This document shows positions 42,295 to 54,158 of a stretch of DNA of 64,000 nucleotides, piece after piece. Under the pieces are notes generated by a model. It worked only from the letters and a program-made list of their open reading frames with translations, was not told the origin of the DNA and did not search any database. Made by a program: the position numbers and the translations under genes. Location: NCBI GenBank assembly GCA_019358915.1, contig JAHHIM010000007.1:1-64000 (forward strand), given 5' to 3'. Source of the stretch: Trichormus sp. ATA11-4-KO1 (lineage in GTDB: Bacteria > Cyanobacteriota > Cyanobacteriia > Cyanobacteriales > Nostocaceae). How positions within the stretch are numbered: position 1 is the stretch's first letter; each line of letters starts with the position of its first letter.

Positions 42295-42336
42295 GTAATT
42301 CCAACTACTATATGTAAATTCTGTATTTTAAAATAC
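42295..42336. promoter_or_regulatory. Two tandem NtcA-type GTA-N8-TAC boxes
   Basis: GTAATTCCAACTAC (42295-42308) and palindromic GTATTTTAAAATAC (42323-42336). Confidence 0.45.
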
Positions 42337-42665
42337 AAAATTTATATAAAATTGTTTGTCTATGGTGATTTACCGAAATTGCAGGCAAAAAATACGTATT
42401 TTTTTAAACCCATAATTTAGAACTTTAAAGTTTGACTGTACTACTTTGAGATAAATTAAAAAAATATAACATTTTCTGGCGCTTCTATGTTAAGAAATCT
42501 CCGTAAAAAACCTGATTTAACATTTGCACGAATTTATCATACTGGAATGAGCAGCAGGGAAATTTGGGAACAAAATTCCCATAGTAATATTTATAGTGTT
42601 CTCAAAACGCATAGAAAAACAAGCCACGTATATTCAAACAAGTAGCCTTAGATAGTTCCTAAAGC

Positions 42666-43982
42666 TTGTATGAATCTCAAGTGGAATATGCTCAAGTACT
42701 AGACTTGTTTTTGCAGTCGGAAACTGTTAACTTTTTTTTAAATTGGGGTGCTTTTGTGATTTCATGGAGTTCCAACTGTACAGACCCTACTAAAGAAGAT
42801 TTTGATGGGTCAAACCCCCTCAAGCAAATAATTAGTATCGATTACCATCATCCCTTAGAGTGGCAAAACCTAAAAAGCTATCCCTTAGGCTTATCTCAAG
42901 AAGAACAGTCGCTTGAAAATATGCAAGTAGTGCCTGCTTGGATGAAAATTGATATTAATTATAGTTACGATTCATTAATCTCTAGAACGCTACAAACTAA
43001 AGGTTCTACAGTGGTGAATGGCTTTGATTCAGAATCACCAAAAGTTCTGGTAGTTGACGACCATACAGCGAGTCGGATGACTGCTGCTGCTCTTTTGTCG
43101 ATGGAAGGGTACGAAGTTATTGAGGCAGATAGTGGTGCTACTGCTGTGGTACTGGTGAAACAAAAACAACCAGATTTAATTTTGCTGGATGTAATGATGC
43201 CGGGAATGGATGGTTTTGAAGTTTGCCAGATGCTCAAGCAGGATGAACGTACTAGGTTAATACCGATAATTTTTATTACAGCTTTAAATGACAGGCGATC
43301 GCGCATCCGGGGAATTGAAGTAGGGGGAGATGATTTTCTCACCAAACCTTTTGACCGTGTAGAACTAGCAGCGCGGGTAAAGTCTTTGGTGCGGCAAAAG
43401 CGGTTGAATGAAGACTTAGACCATGCGGAAAAAGTACTATTTTCTATTGCTAGGGCTATTGAAAGTCGTGATCCCAACACAGGCGATCACTGCGAACGCC
43501 TAGTCAAACTAGGGCAGGCTTTTGGTGAATACCTCAATCTTCAACGTTACCAAATTCGAGATTTAATGTGGGGCGGTTATCTTCACGATATCGGTAAAGT
43601 GGGTATTCCTGACGCGGTATTACTGAAACAAGGCAAACTCACCCCCGAAGAGTGGGAAATTATGAGACAGCATGTTTTAATCGGGGAAAAAATCTGCCAG
43701 CCACTACGCAGTGTGCAGGGTGTAATTCCCATTATTCGCCATCACCATGAACGCTGGGATGGCTCAGGCTACCCCGATGGATTGAAGGGAGATGAAATTC
43801 CCTATCTAGCACAGGTATTTCAAATCATTGATATTTATGATGCTCTAACCAGCGAACGACCTTATAAAAAAGAGTTTACTTTAGAAGCAGCATTGTCTGT
43901 AATGCAGCAAGAAAGCGATTCAGGTTGGCGTAATCCTAAATTAGTACAACAGTTTGGAGAGTTTGTCCACTCTTTGGTATGA
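42666..43982 (+). CDS. Response regulator with HD-GYP (c-di-GMP phosphodiesterase) domain
   Basis: REC (VVDD, LLDVMMP, KPF) plus HDIGK and HHERWDGSGYP; true start may be downstream (e.g. GTG 42756). Confidence 0.92.
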   Translation: MYESQVEYAQVLDLFLQSETVNFFLNWGAFVISWSSNCTDPTKEDFDGSNPLKQIISIDYHHPLEWQNLKSYPLGLSQEEQSLENMQVVPAWMKIDINYSYDSLISRTLQTKGSTVVNGFDSESPKVLVVDDHTASRMTAAALLSMEGYEVIEADSGATAVVLVKQKQPDLILLDVMMPGMDGFEVCQMLKQDERTRLIPIIFITALNDRRSRIRGIEVGGDDFLTKPFDRVELAARVKSLVRQKRLNEDLDHAEKVLFSIARAIESRDPNTGDHCERLVKLGQAFGEYLNLQRYQIRDLMWGGYLHDIGKVGIPDAVLLKQGKLTPEEWEIMRQHVLIGEKICQPLRSVQGVIPIIRHHHERWDGSGYPDGLKGDEIPYLAQVFQIIDIYDALTSERPYKKEFTLEAALSVMQQESDSGWRNPKLVQQFGEFVHSLV

Positions 43983-44368
43983 GGGAGTGGAGAGTGGGGA
44001 GATGGGCAGGGCTGTTTCATTCGCTTGTGTTGGAGATTTGTCAAGAGGATAATCTCACGCAAAGGCGCAAAGACGCAAAGAAAAATCAGGTATTTCGGAC
44101 TGAAGATGCCAAAATTTTCGGTCTTAATTGTGGATTTGCCCTTGCAATTTTAACCCTTTTAGGGAACGAATCAGCCCTGGGGAGATGGGGGGGAAGAACT
44201 TAATATTTAGTATCTATCCTTGTCCCCCTATCCCCTTGTCCCCTTCCCTCCGCCTCATCCTTGGGTAAATTTTGGTGTTCGCTAGATTAGCTGATATGAT
44301 TTGAGCCTAAATCTATCTCAAAGTATCAAGCGCGAAAGCGTAATTCACTGATAGCTTATAGCTTAATT

Positions 44369-45718
44369 ATGGTAGTTGTAGCAATTCTAGCGGCGGGACG
44401 CGGCACCAGGATGAAATCACACCTACCCAAAGTTTTACATTCTTTGGGTGGGCGATCGCTAGTTGAGAGAGTTCTTGACAGTGTAGAACCGCTTTCGCCC
44501 TCACGGCGGATGGTGATTGTAGGATATCAAGCCCAAGAAGTGAAATCAGCCATGCACTCCCCCCGCTTGGAGTTTGTTGAACAGACTGTACAGATGGGAA
44601 CAGGTCATGCCATTCAGCAATTACTGCCTCATCTTGAGGGGTACACTGGTGATTTACTGGTACTAAATGGCGATGTACCGTTGTTACGCACCCAAACCCT
44701 GCAACAGCTATGGCAAACTCACCAAGAAAATCATAACGCCGCCACTATCCTCACCTCTTACATACCTGAACCCAAAGGCTACGGGCGCGTTTTCTGTAAT
44801 AGTGAAAATGTAGTACAGCAAATTGTTGAAGACAAGGACTGTACTGTTGCTCAAAGACAAAATCGGCGGATTAATGCTGGAGTTTATTGCTTTCGTTGGC
44901 AGGATTTAGCTGAGGTTTTGCCGCATCTACAAGCAAATAATGCCCAACAAGAATATTACCTCACAGATGCTGTCACGCAAGTAGGAAAGGTGATGGCAGT
45001 GGATGTGGAAGATTATCAAGAAATTCTTGGCATTAATGATCGCTTGCAATTGGCAACGGCTTACGATATTTTGCAGAGGCGTGTTAAGGAAAAATGGATG
45101 ATGGCGGGTGTGACTTTAATAGATCCTAACAGCATCACCATTGATGACACTGTAGAATTACAGCCGGATGTAATCATTGAACCTCAAACCCATCTGCGGG
45201 GAAATACGACTATTCAAACAGGAAGTCGCATTGGGCCTGGAAGTTTAATTGAAAATAGCCAATTGGGTGAAAACGTTACTGTCCAATATTCGGTAGTCAC
45301 TGATAGCATCGTAGAGACAGGAACCCGGATTGGGCCTTATGCTCATCTGCGCGGTCATGCACAAGTAGGCGCTAATTGCCGTGTGGGCAACTTTGTAGAA
45401 TTGAAAAATACCCAATTAGGCGATCGCACTAACGTCGCACATCTATCATATTTAGGTGATACGACTACGGGTAATCAGGTGAATATCGGTGCCGGTACAA
45501 TTACGGCTAACTATGATGGGGTGAAAAAACATCCTACCAAAATAGGCGATCGCACTAAAACTGGTTCTAACAGTGTTTTAGTCGCACCAATCACCTTGGG
45601 AGATGATGTTTATGTAGCTGCTGGTTCAACGGTTACAGAAGATGTTCCTGATGATTCACTAGTGATTGCTCGTAGCCGTCAGGTGGTTAAACCAGGTTGG
45701 CAAAAGAAAAGCCAGTAA
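44369..45718 (+). CDS. glmU: Bifunctional UDP-GlcNAc pyrophosphorylase/acetyltransferase
   Basis: [17 protein letters not shown], hexapeptide repeats, HLSYLGD, NYDG. Confidence 0.99.
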   Translation: MVVVAILAAGRGTRMKSHLPKVLHSLGGRSLVERVLDSVEPLSPSRRMVIVGYQAQEVKSAMHSPRLEFVEQTVQMGTGHAIQQLLPHLEGYTGDLLVLNGDVPLLRTQTLQQLWQTHQENHNAATILTSYIPEPKGYGRVFCNSENVVQQIVEDKDCTVAQRQNRRINAGVYCFRWQDLAEVLPHLQANNAQQEYYLTDAVTQVGKVMAVDVEDYQEILGINDRLQLATAYDILQRRVKEKWMMAGVTLIDPNSITIDDTVELQPDVIIEPQTHLRGNTTIQTGSRIGPGSLIENSQLGENVTVQYSVVTDSIVETGTRIGPYAHLRGHAQVGANCRVGNFVELKNTQLGDRTNVAHLSYLGDTTTGNQVNIGAGTITANYDGVKKHPTKIGDRTKTGSNSVLVAPITLGDDVYVAAGSTVTEDVPDDSLVIARSRQVVKPGWQKKSQ

Positions 45719-45940
45719 ATCCTGCATGGTGCTCAGGCTGTTACCAACATTCAAGATAATTGAGGTTTATAGCTAATTAAAAATCTCGACTTAGCTGGTC
45801 TAAAATGTAGCTATCAGTATTGACAATCTAGAAATAATCGAATAACAAGGTGGCAGCATCATAAAAAAATGCATTAGCTCATCCCTGCCAAAAGACTCAG
45901 TAACGCTCTTAACGAAAACTTCACACGAATAACATAAATC

Positions 45941-46177
45941 ATGCCACAAAATACTGATTACAAAGCTGCCAATTCAACAACTCAACCAATTGCTTATAAA
46001 GCACGCCTGAATTCTTGGGCGATCGCTCGTTTACTTCCTGATACACAACGAGAAATTGTGGCTCGTTTCCGCAGTCGTTCTGATGCAGATGGTTATATGC
46101 AGCACCTCAGCCAAACTACACCAAATGCTACCTTTGTCGTTGTTTTTGACTGCCAACGTGAAGAAGTTGTAATTTAG
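45941..46177 (+). CDS. Small Nostocales hypothetical protein
   Basis: WAIARLLP...IVARFRSRSDADG...VVVFD. Confidence 0.75.
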   Translation: MPQNTDYKAANSTTQPIAYKARLNSWAIARLLPDTQREIVARFRSRSDADGYMQHLSQTTPNATFVVVFDCQREEVVI

Positions 46178-46249
46178 AGTTTATGATTTAGGCGATCGCA
46201 TTGTAGGGTAATTCAATAATGCGATCGCCTTTATAGGGAACAGGTGACA

Positions 46250-46297
46250 GGCTTCGGCGTGAGCGTCAGCGTTCGACTGAGCGCTCACGCCGAAGTC
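46250..46297. repeat. GC-rich palindromic dispersed repeat flanked by AGGTGAC heptamers
   Basis: CTTCGGCGTGAGCG (46252-46265) pairs with CGCTCACGCCGAAG (46282-46295). Confidence 0.75.
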
Positions 46298-46547
46298 CGA
46301 ACGGTAATAGGTGACAGAAAGAGAGTTTGAGCCAGGTTTTGATGTTTTAGTTATTTTTAATTGATTTAGACTTGTCAACGAATTAAGATAGCAGCCTAAC
46401 AAATCAAAGAGCAAAATCTAATTTATGAATATAGAACTTTTATTTAATTTTTGCAAACACAACTTACACCTCTGTCACCTGTAGCCTAATTAGTCTAGAA
46501 AAGACCCAATTAAATGATGCTAACTTGGGTCGTTTCAAGTAAACACC

Positions 46548-46748
46548 TTAACGTGATTCAGTTCCTTGATTGGGGCTACCTGCTACAGTATCTTCTCCTG
46601 GTGACTCTGGTTCAGCACCGGGTTGGGTATCTGTTTCAGCAGCGTTGCCAGTTTTGCGGATACTAGGCTCAACGGGTGTTTGATAGCCACCAGAAGCACT
46701 GGGAGTAGTATTTTTATCATGAGATTTTTGTTTTTGTTCTTTGGGCAT
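46548..46748 (-). CDS. Small hydrophilic hypothetical protein
   Basis: RBS AGGAG before ATG 46748; MPKEQKQK...AGSPNQGTESR. Confidence 0.7.
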   Translation of the reverse strand: MPKEQKQKSHDKNTTPSASGGYQTPVEPSIRKTGNAAETDTQPGAEPESPGEDTVAGSPNQGTESR

Positions 46749-46989
46749 AACTACACTCCTGTTATTTAATCTTGGCATCATTTTAAGAAGATCAGGAGTG
46801 CAAATTTATCTATCCAGAATCTGGTTATGCCTGATTTATTCCTCTGTCGGAAGTATTATTTAGTACTAATTATTTTTGCTTTCAAGAGTCTATGTAGCTG
46901 ACCCTAGGGCAGTAACGCTAGATTAAAACCAGGAGAAAATTGACGCGTGTAAGTTCACGTTCAATGTTTTAAAAAAGCTATATAGAATT

Positions 46990-48366
46990 ATGACATTTAA
47001 TTACGACTTGTTTGTCATTGGTGCTGGTTCTGGGGGTTTAGCAGCTTCCAAGCGTGCAGCTAGCTATGGGGCAAAAGTAGCGATCGCCGAACAAGATTTA
47101 GTCGGTGGTACTTGTGTAATTCGCGGTTGTATTCCCAAAAAACTCATGGTCTATGGCTCGCATTTTTCTGCACTCTTACGGGATGCAGCAGGCTACGGCT
47201 GGAAGGTAGGCGATGCCAAGTTAGACTGGGAATATTTCATCACATCCATAGACCAGGAAGTCCGGCGGCTGTCACAATTACACATCAGCTTATTAGCAAA
47301 AGCGGGAGTTGAATTAATTCCTCATCGTGCCACTTTGGTAGATATCCACACACTAGAAGTTGATGGACGCAAAGTTACGGCAGACAAAATTTTAGTTGCT
47401 GTTGGCGGTCGTCCCATCAAACCAGATTTGCCAGGGATGGAATATGGCATTACTTCCAACAAGATGTTTCATCTGCCATCACAACCAAAACACATTGCCA
47501 TTCTGGGTGCTGGTTATATCGGTACAGAATTTGCCTGTATTATGAATGGTTTGGGTTCTCAGGTGACGCAGATTAACCGCCAAGAACTGATATTGAAGGG
47601 TTTTGATGAAGATATCCGCAGAGGAATTCAGGAGGGAATGGCAAATCACGGCATTCGCATCATCCCTAATACTGAAGTGACAGCAGTGGAACAAATATCA
47701 GCCGGGTTGAAGTTAAATTTGTCTGGAGAACATGAAGAACCAGTAATTGCCGATAGGTTATTAGTGGCGACCGGTCGGATTCCCAACATTGATGGATTAG
47801 GTTTGGAAAACGCTGGGGTTGATGTCGTTTCTGGTTCTGAGGAAGGGCCGGGGTACAGCACTACAAATGCGATCGCTGTTAATGAATATAGTCAAACTAA
47901 TCAACCACATATCTTTGCTGTGGGTGATGTCACTGATCGCCTAAATTTAACTCCTGTGGCTATTGGTGAAGGTCGAGCCTTTGCTGATAGTGAATTTGGC
48001 AATCACCGCCAAGCATTTAGTCATCAGAATGTGCCAACAGCAGTATTTTCTACTCCAGAAGCGGCTACAGTCGGCTGTACGGAAGCCGAAGCACGAGCAA
48101 AAGTTGGTGAGGCTGTAAAAATTTATCACACTCGTTTCCGCCCCGTGTATCATAGCTTGACTGGTCAGCAAGAGCGAATCACCATGAAGTTGGTGGTGGA
48201 TGCTAATACCGATAAAGTATTGGGCGCTCACATGGTAGGAGACAACGCAGCTGAGATAATGCAAGGTGTGGCGATCGCAGTGAAAATGAGCGCGACTAAA
48301 CAAGATTTTGACGCTACTGTCGGTATTCATCCTACAATCGCAGAAGAATTCGTTACTATGCGGTAA
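46990..48366 (+). CDS. gor: Glutathione-disulfide reductase
   Basis: IGAGSGG, GGTCVIRGCIPKK, GIHPTIAEEF. Confidence 0.96.
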   Translation: MTFNYDLFVIGAGSGGLAASKRAASYGAKVAIAEQDLVGGTCVIRGCIPKKLMVYGSHFSALLRDAAGYGWKVGDAKLDWEYFITSIDQEVRRLSQLHISLLAKAGVELIPHRATLVDIHTLEVDGRKVTADKILVAVGGRPIKPDLPGMEYGITSNKMFHLPSQPKHIAILGAGYIGTEFACIMNGLGSQVTQINRQELILKGFDEDIRRGIQEGMANHGIRIIPNTEVTAVEQISAGLKLNLSGEHEEPVIADRLLVATGRIPNIDGLGLENAGVDVVSGSEEGPGYSTTNAIAVNEYSQTNQPHIFAVGDVTDRLNLTPVAIGEGRAFADSEFGNHRQAFSHQNVPTAVFSTPEAATVGCTEAEARAKVGEAVKIYHTRFRPVYHSLTGQQERITMKLVVDANTDKVLGAHMVGDNAAEIMQGVAIAVKMSATKQDFDATVGIHPTIAEEFVTMR

Positions 48367-48410
48367 TTACGCCCATAGTTGTCATAGTTGCGGACTTAAA
48401 TCTTTCAATT

Positions 48411-49049
48411 TTGAATTACTACATTTACCTACACGGTTTTGCTTCTAGTCCTCAATCTGCCAAAGCAAAGGATATAAGCGATCACTTTGCTAAAATTCCG
48501 CTTAAGCTCAAAATCCCCGATCTAAATGCTGGTGATTTTTCCCAGTTGACAATCACTCGTCAGCTAACTCAAGTTGCAGCAGAATTTCCTCATGATTCTG
48601 CCCCAGTGACGCTGATTGGTTCTAGTTTAGGCGGTTTGACATCTGCTCACTTAGCAGAGAAATATCCACAAGTGCAACGCCTAGTTTTACTAGCGCCAGC
48701 TTTTGGGTTTTTATCTCATTGGTTGCCTAAGCTAGGAGATGAAGAAATACAGCGTTGGCAACGAGAAAAGTATCTCATGATTCACCATTATGGAGAAGGG
48801 CGATCGCTCCCCCTAAGTTACGATTTCCTGACAGATGCGGCTGAATATCAAGAAGATATGTTGCAACGTCCCATTCCCACTTTGATTTTGCATGGAAAAC
48901 AAGATGAAGTCATCCCCATTACGGCCAGTCGAGAATTTGCGCGATCTCGTCCTTGGGTAGAATTGATAGAACTCGACAGCGATCACGCTTTAGGCAATGT
49001 CATGGCAGAAATTTGGCAAGCAATTCACCTATTCTGTCAGTTGCCCTAA
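48411..49049 (+). CDS. YqiA/YcfP-family alpha/beta hydrolase (esterase)
   Basis: [25 protein letters not shown]. Confidence 0.9.
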   Translation: MNYYIYLHGFASSPQSAKAKDISDHFAKIPLKLKIPDLNAGDFSQLTITRQLTQVAAEFPHDSAPVTLIGSSLGGLTSAHLAEKYPQVQRLVLLAPAFGFLSHWLPKLGDEEIQRWQREKYLMIHHYGEGRSLPLSYDFLTDAAEYQEDMLQRPIPTLILHGKQDEVIPITASREFARSRPWVELIELDSDHALGNVMAEIWQAIHLFCQLP

Positions 49050-49123
49050 AGCTTTACAATATAAGACCGATTCTTGGAAAATCCAGATGCAATCTGATAA
49101 GTCTTAATTACGAATTAAATTAT

Positions 49124-50275
49124 ATGCTCCCCTTTATCCGGTCAGATTTAGCTCAATTCACTGCTTACAAGCCCCACCCCAGCAGCGATACAGCCGCAGC
49201 AGTTCCCGTGCAGCTTGATCGGCTAGATACGAATGAAAGCCCTTATGATTTGCCGCCTGAGTTAAAAGAAAAACTGGCTTGGACATATCAGCAGGTAATT
49301 GAAACAAATCGTTATCCTGATGGGGGACATGAGACACTTAAAAACGCGATCGCACAGTACGTTAATGAGTCAGCGTTCATCTCATCATCTCTGTTGACTG
49401 CTGCCAATATTTCTGTGGGCAATGGTTCAGATGAACTAATTCGCTCTTTATTAATCGCCACTTGTCTGGGAGGAGAAGGGGCAATTTTAGTTGCTCATCC
49501 CACTTTCTCGATGTACGGGATTTTGGCAAAAACTTTGGGAATTCCTGTGGTAACGGTGGACAGAAATAAAGATAATTTTGAAATTGATTTAACAACTGCA
49601 CAGTCAGCCTTAGAACAAACTCAAAATCCGCCGATTCGGGTAGTTTTTGTTGTCCATCCCAATTCCCCGACTGGTAATTGTTTAACTGCGGCAGAATTAA
49701 CTTGGTTAAAAAGTTTAAGTGAGCAAATTTTGGTAGTAATTGATGAAGCTTACTTTGAATTTAGCCAGACTACCTTAGTAGCTGAATTAGCACAGCGTCC
49801 TAACTGGGTTATATTACGTACTTTTTCTAAAGCCTTCCGTTTAGCAGCGCTGCGCGTTGGTTATTGTGTTGCCCATCCAGAAGCGATCGCTATTTTAGAA
49901 AAAGTCCGCTTACCTTATAATCTTCCCAGTTTCTCCATTGCTGGGGCACTAGCTACTTTGCAAAATCGCCAACTTTTGCTAGGCTCAATTTCCCAAACTT
50001 TACACGAGCGAGACAAACTCAAAGCAGCTCTATCCCAACATCCCAGATTACAAGTTACAGAAAGTGCCGCTAACTTTATTTTCCTGCGTCTCCAACCAAA
50101 TGTCTTTGATCCACAAGACAATACTTTAAAAAATCTTCACCAACAACTGAAAAATTCTGGCACAATTGTCCGCGAGATTAGCCAAGGATTGCGAATTACT
50201 ATCGGTACATCTGAGGAAAACGCTCGTACCTTCAAGAGAATACAAGCTGCTTTAACAAACCTTGATTCTCAATAA
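49124..50275 (+). CDS. hisC: Histidinol-phosphate aminotransferase
   Basis: [47 protein letters not shown] 49124. Confidence 0.93.
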   Translation: MLPFIRSDLAQFTAYKPHPSSDTAAAVPVQLDRLDTNESPYDLPPELKEKLAWTYQQVIETNRYPDGGHETLKNAIAQYVNESAFISSSLLTAANISVGNGSDELIRSLLIATCLGGEGAILVAHPTFSMYGILAKTLGIPVVTVDRNKDNFEIDLTTAQSALEQTQNPPIRVVFVVHPNSPTGNCLTAAELTWLKSLSEQILVVIDEAYFEFSQTTLVAELAQRPNWVILRTFSKAFRLAALRVGYCVAHPEAIAILEKVRLPYNLPSFSIAGALATLQNRQLLLGSISQTLHERDKLKAALSQHPRLQVTESAANFIFLRLQPNVFDPQDNTLKNLHQQLKNSGTIVREISQGLRITIGTSEENARTFKRIQAALTNLDSQ

Positions 50276-50279
50276 TTAA

Positions 50280-50795
50280 TTATTTAAACCTGCCACCCAA
50301 TTCGTTACCCAAACGGCGTACTATCCCCACCGTTTGTGGTAGCACTCCTACTAAAAGCGCAAAGGCAATATCAGGCATCAGCGCCACCATTTCTGGTGGA
50401 AAGTATTGTTCAAACTGATCTAAAATCTTCTGAACTCGCTGTTGAGGCAAGGGATTTTCTGTAATTTGCTTGATTAGGCGAATCCATTGTCGCCTAATTA
50501 AGTAAGCTTTCTGACGATCCTCATAAGATTCGGGAGTTAATAAAGATAAATTACCTATAGGCAATACCCTTTCACAATCACTATCATAATTCCCGCCAAC
50601 TGCTGCACCCGGCCCAGCAAATTCTGCATGATAGCGTTTAAAGAGTATTAACCCATTGCGTTTACGACTATTGACAACGAAAACCTTTCCACTGTGCAAA
50701 AGTGTGAGGATATCCGAGCCATATGATTGCTCAGTTCCATCTGGCATGACAACATGGTCAAGGAAACTAATGTCAGGGTAATAAGTTGATACCAT
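50280..50795 (-). CDS. Conserved cyanobacterial hypothetical protein (possibly Crp-like)
   Basis: RKRNGLIL...AEFAGPGAAVG...RRQW...ALLVGVLPQT; start uncertain. Confidence 0.75.
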   Translation of the reverse strand: MVSTYYPDISFLDHVVMPDGTEQSYGSDILTLLHSGKVFVVNSRKRNGLILFKRYHAEFAGPGAAVGGNYDSDCERVLPIGNLSLLTPESYEDRQKAYLIRRQWIRLIKQITENPLPQQRVQKILDQFEQYFPPEMVALMPDIAFALLVGVLPQTVGIVRRLGNELGGRFK

Positions 50796-51731
50796 AGCAG
50801 CTTGATAGCGTCGGTAGTTTTCGCTATCCATGTTTTCTCGAACTTGCAAATAAATTGGTAGAGTTATGCACTTCCTGCGGGAACTAGCCGTTAAATCAAA
50901 TTATAGTTTTGATTTTTATTAAACTTGCTTGATAACAAAAATTCACTTGTTAATTTAACTAAGATAAAAAAATCAGGATTGGGTCAGTCAATAATTAATC
51001 ATATTTTATGAGATTTCCTGGGATTTGTCTTGGCAAATCATCTGCGATTCTTTAAAGTTTTTATAAAGATGAATATATTAAATACAAAGTTACTATGAGG
51101 GGGTTTGAGTTTGATTAAGCGTAATTTTACGGATGACCTACTATAGTCCATCTTTTATATTTAAAATCATTTACTATTTAGCTGTTATCTCTAATTCACA
51201 TAACATATTATGCACAACTAAAATACTACACATTTGAGTTGTTTTTGAGAATTTAGCCTAAAAACCATCTTGTTAAATCTCTAAAGATGATCTTCTTAGG
51301 GATAGCAGTGGTACATTTCTTCTCTACTTATAAATCCTTTGAGTAAAGGATAAAATACTCTGTACTCTAGTAGTGATTTGGTTTGCTAAACTTGTAAATT
51401 TTTCTGCAAGTTTTGATTGTTTGACATAACTAGCAATTAACTCTGGCATTAGTTATAAATATTGATTGTGAGTGGGGAATTACTTCCAACCAGCTTTGAT
51501 ATCGAGAATAACACCAATTCAAGATAAATCAGGCTAATAAACCAGGTTTTTCTCTGCTGTTAAAACCAATTTTCTTGTTTGTGTGCATAAAAGAACTAGG
51601 TTGCCAGAGTTACTAAATTAATAGTTTAAATTTCAATTACCTGAGCCTGTATTCTAGTTGGCGATACCCATAACAGCTTTTGTACCAAACTGATTGCCAC
51701 ATCAAACTTTTATACTTTCTCCCAGAAAATC

Positions 51732-52349
51732 TCAGATAAATGAATCAATGTTCAGGTGCTTGTGCAATAATATCTGTCGGGGGCGTTTGATTAAAAACGT
51801 ATTCCAATGAGATTCTAATTTATGCGCCTTATATCCTAGCTTGAAATAAAGTTGCCGTGCATGATGGTTATTTTCCAAAACATGCAGGTATAAGTCTTGG
51901 AATCCCCATTCACGAGAGACTTTTTCCGAGCTAAGTAGTAGCTCGGAAGCTACACCATGTCTACGGTATTTGGGGTGAACAGCTAAATTAGACAGATAGG
52001 GAAAACTCTTGCCAACCTGTATCCATGAATCACTGAAACGCACACCCACTTCTACAGTTCCCACTAAGTTATTAGTTAAACCAGTAGTAGTGTCAATCGC
52101 AACCAAACAAACATGGTGGGGTGCAGGTGATGACAAACGATGTCTGAGGTCTTCGTAAATACCCAAACGTAGCAGAGGAAAAGCCCATCCCCAAAAACCA
52201 TCCTGGGAGTGAAAGCTTTCGGCAATGATTTGGGCAATACCAGTCAAATCAGCAGGTGTAGCCGCACGAATCTGAAATTGCCAGGAAGCTTGTTCGGCGG
52301 AAGAGATGACTGGCTCTTGGCGGTAATGATCAAAAAACCAGGATGTCAA
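51732..52349 (-). CDS. GNAT family N-acetyltransferase
   Basis: YLSNLAVHPKYRRHGVA, LHVLENN, LYFKLGY; likely TTG start at 52349. Confidence 0.92.
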   Translation of the reverse strand: MTSWFFDHYRQEPVISSAEQASWQFQIRAATPADLTGIAQIIAESFHSQDGFWGWAFPLLRLGIYEDLRHRLSSPAPHHVCLVAIDTTTGLTNNLVGTVEVGVRFSDSWIQVGKSFPYLSNLAVHPKYRRHGVASELLLSSEKVSREWGFQDLYLHVLENNHHARQLYFKLGYKAHKLESHWNTFLIKRPRQILLHKHLNIDSFI

Positions 52350-52917
52350 GGCTAGTTTAGTATTGATTTTATTAAACGCAAATCTTCTCAAATATCCTCA
52401 AACACTGTATAAGCTATGTGAAAACTGAAATTAGCTGAAAACACTGAGTTGGTATTGAGATTTTAACTGAGTATGAGTTATTGAATCCAAGATGGTGTTG
52501 ACGCTGCTAATACTGGCGCTTCCTTCATAATGTAATAATTTTCTCATGAATGATTATAGTATCCTTAGTGTATCTAGTTTGCCTATAGCTGTACTGAGTA
52601 AAGTTACAATATTTTAAATTAAATTAATCAATTCATAACTTGTAAGTTGCATTTTTTGTGCTGAAAGCAACATCAGGTTATCAGTTTCCGTATGCTTGTG
52701 ATTTCAAATCTTGTTCTCAGTAAATTCTCAGCAATAACTCAGATTGATATGAGTAAATTAGATCTGAGCTTTGCAATTACGACATAATAATTTTCGCTTT
52801 TCACTTTTGTAATGGTGAGGACTTGACGAATTCTTACTTTTAAGTAATTTTAGCAAGCAATTTCCATTATAGCGAGAATTATGTCTTGAAATACCTCCAA
52901 ATTATCATTAGGAAATC

Positions 52918-53757
52918 ATGACTCATCAAAGAATTATTGCTATGACATTGGGGGTTGTCTCAACTCTGACAATGGCATCAGCAGCGTCAGCAGCAACACT
53001 CAAAGTAACTATCGAAAACCTAGCGCCACAACAAGGTATTGTTGTAACTCCCTTGTGGGTTGGCTTTCATGATGGAACTTTTGACATTTTCAACGTAGGT
53101 GAAGCAGCTTCCGAAAGCTTAGAACGTCTAGCCGAAGATGGTGCAACTGCACCTATTGCCAGTGACTTTTTAGCTAGTGGTGCTGGAGTAGTTGAAGGAA
53201 CAATTTTCGGTCCCGGTATCAGTCCTACATCACCACCAGTTATTCCACCAGGTGCGATCGCTACCCAAAGATTTCAGATTGATGGTAGTTTGGCTAGTAG
53301 TCGCTACTTTAGCTACGGTGCAATGATTGTTCCTAGCAATGACGCTTTCATCGCTAATGACAACCCACTAGCTTTCCGGATTTTCGATGATCTTGGTAAC
53401 TTCCTTGGTGCTGATTTTATAGTCTCTGGAAATAGAATTTGGGATGCCGGTACTGAAGTTAACGATGAAATTCCAGAAAACACTGCACTTCTGGGACAGA
53501 CAGTACCTAATACTGGTGTAACTGAAAATGGTCTAGTTACGCTGCATCCTGGCTTCATCCCAGGCGGCAATATTTTGTCTGCGTTTCCCAATGCAGATTT
53601 TACAACTCTCGCCTCTCCCAGCTATCAAGTAGTACGTATCAGAGTTGAGCAAGTGCCAGAACCAGGTAGTACACTTGGGCTATTAATTGCTGGTAGTTTG
53701 TTAGGGCTAGGGTATTGTGTGCGTCGGCCAGCCATTTTCCGCAATAGACAAATTTAA
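52918..53757 (+). CDS. Spondin_N-like domain protein with PEP-CTERM sorting signal
   Basis: Signal peptide, LAEDG, MIVPSNDAF, DAGTEVNDE; VPEP + TM + basic tail. Confidence 0.88.
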   Translation: MTHQRIIAMTLGVVSTLTMASAASAATLKVTIENLAPQQGIVVTPLWVGFHDGTFDIFNVGEAASESLERLAEDGATAPIASDFLASGAGVVEGTIFGPGISPTSPPVIPPGAIATQRFQIDGSLASSRYFSYGAMIVPSNDAFIANDNPLAFRIFDDLGNFLGADFIVSGNRIWDAGTEVNDEIPENTALLGQTVPNTGVTENGLVTLHPGFIPGGNILSAFPNADFTTLASPSYQVVRIRVEQVPEPGSTLGLLIAGSLLGLGYCVRRPAIFRNRQI

Positions 53758-53895
53758 CTAACTTTTTTTGAGTTTCTTGAGTTTTCAGGGCGTATTCCGC
53801 ATCACTTAACTTTTGTGTTCACTTTTCAAAATTATCAACGACATCTGAAGAAAAGTAACTCAGTGTCTACGCCTTTACATCAGTTGTAAATAGTA

Positions 53896-53927
53896 AAAAG
53901 CCGTGCAACTTAAGTTGCACGGCTTTT
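53896..53927. terminator. Perfect 32-bp palindrome, probable bidirectional terminator
   Basis: AAAAGCCGTGCAACTTAAGTTGCACGGCTTTT between convergent genes. Confidence 0.75.
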
Positions 53928-54158
53928 AATATAGTGTGAGGAGCTTAACTAAGTACCATCATAAAGTAATGCCAAAGTGGCAAGATGCTCGTAACAATTT
54001 TGGTAACGGAAATTTTTTGATGCGTTAACGTTAGCACTACTGAAGTAAATTAGCATTGTCCTTTCGTTAGATTGTAACTCCAAGCAGCTTCTGTAACTAC
54101 CTGATAATTAGAGACAAATAAATTAAAAATTTCACCATTTTTAACTGAATAATTGATT

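Noticed and set aside
42965..43480. 171-aa minus-strand ORF and similar short antisense ORFs within ppc, gor, arsM and psbB
   Set aside because: Fully overlap confident genes on the opposite strand; no recognisable motifs.
50850..51730. Long AT-rich intergenic region as a hidden RNA or element
   Set aside because: No convincing ORF, repeat, TIR or stable structure was seen; probably an extended promoter region.
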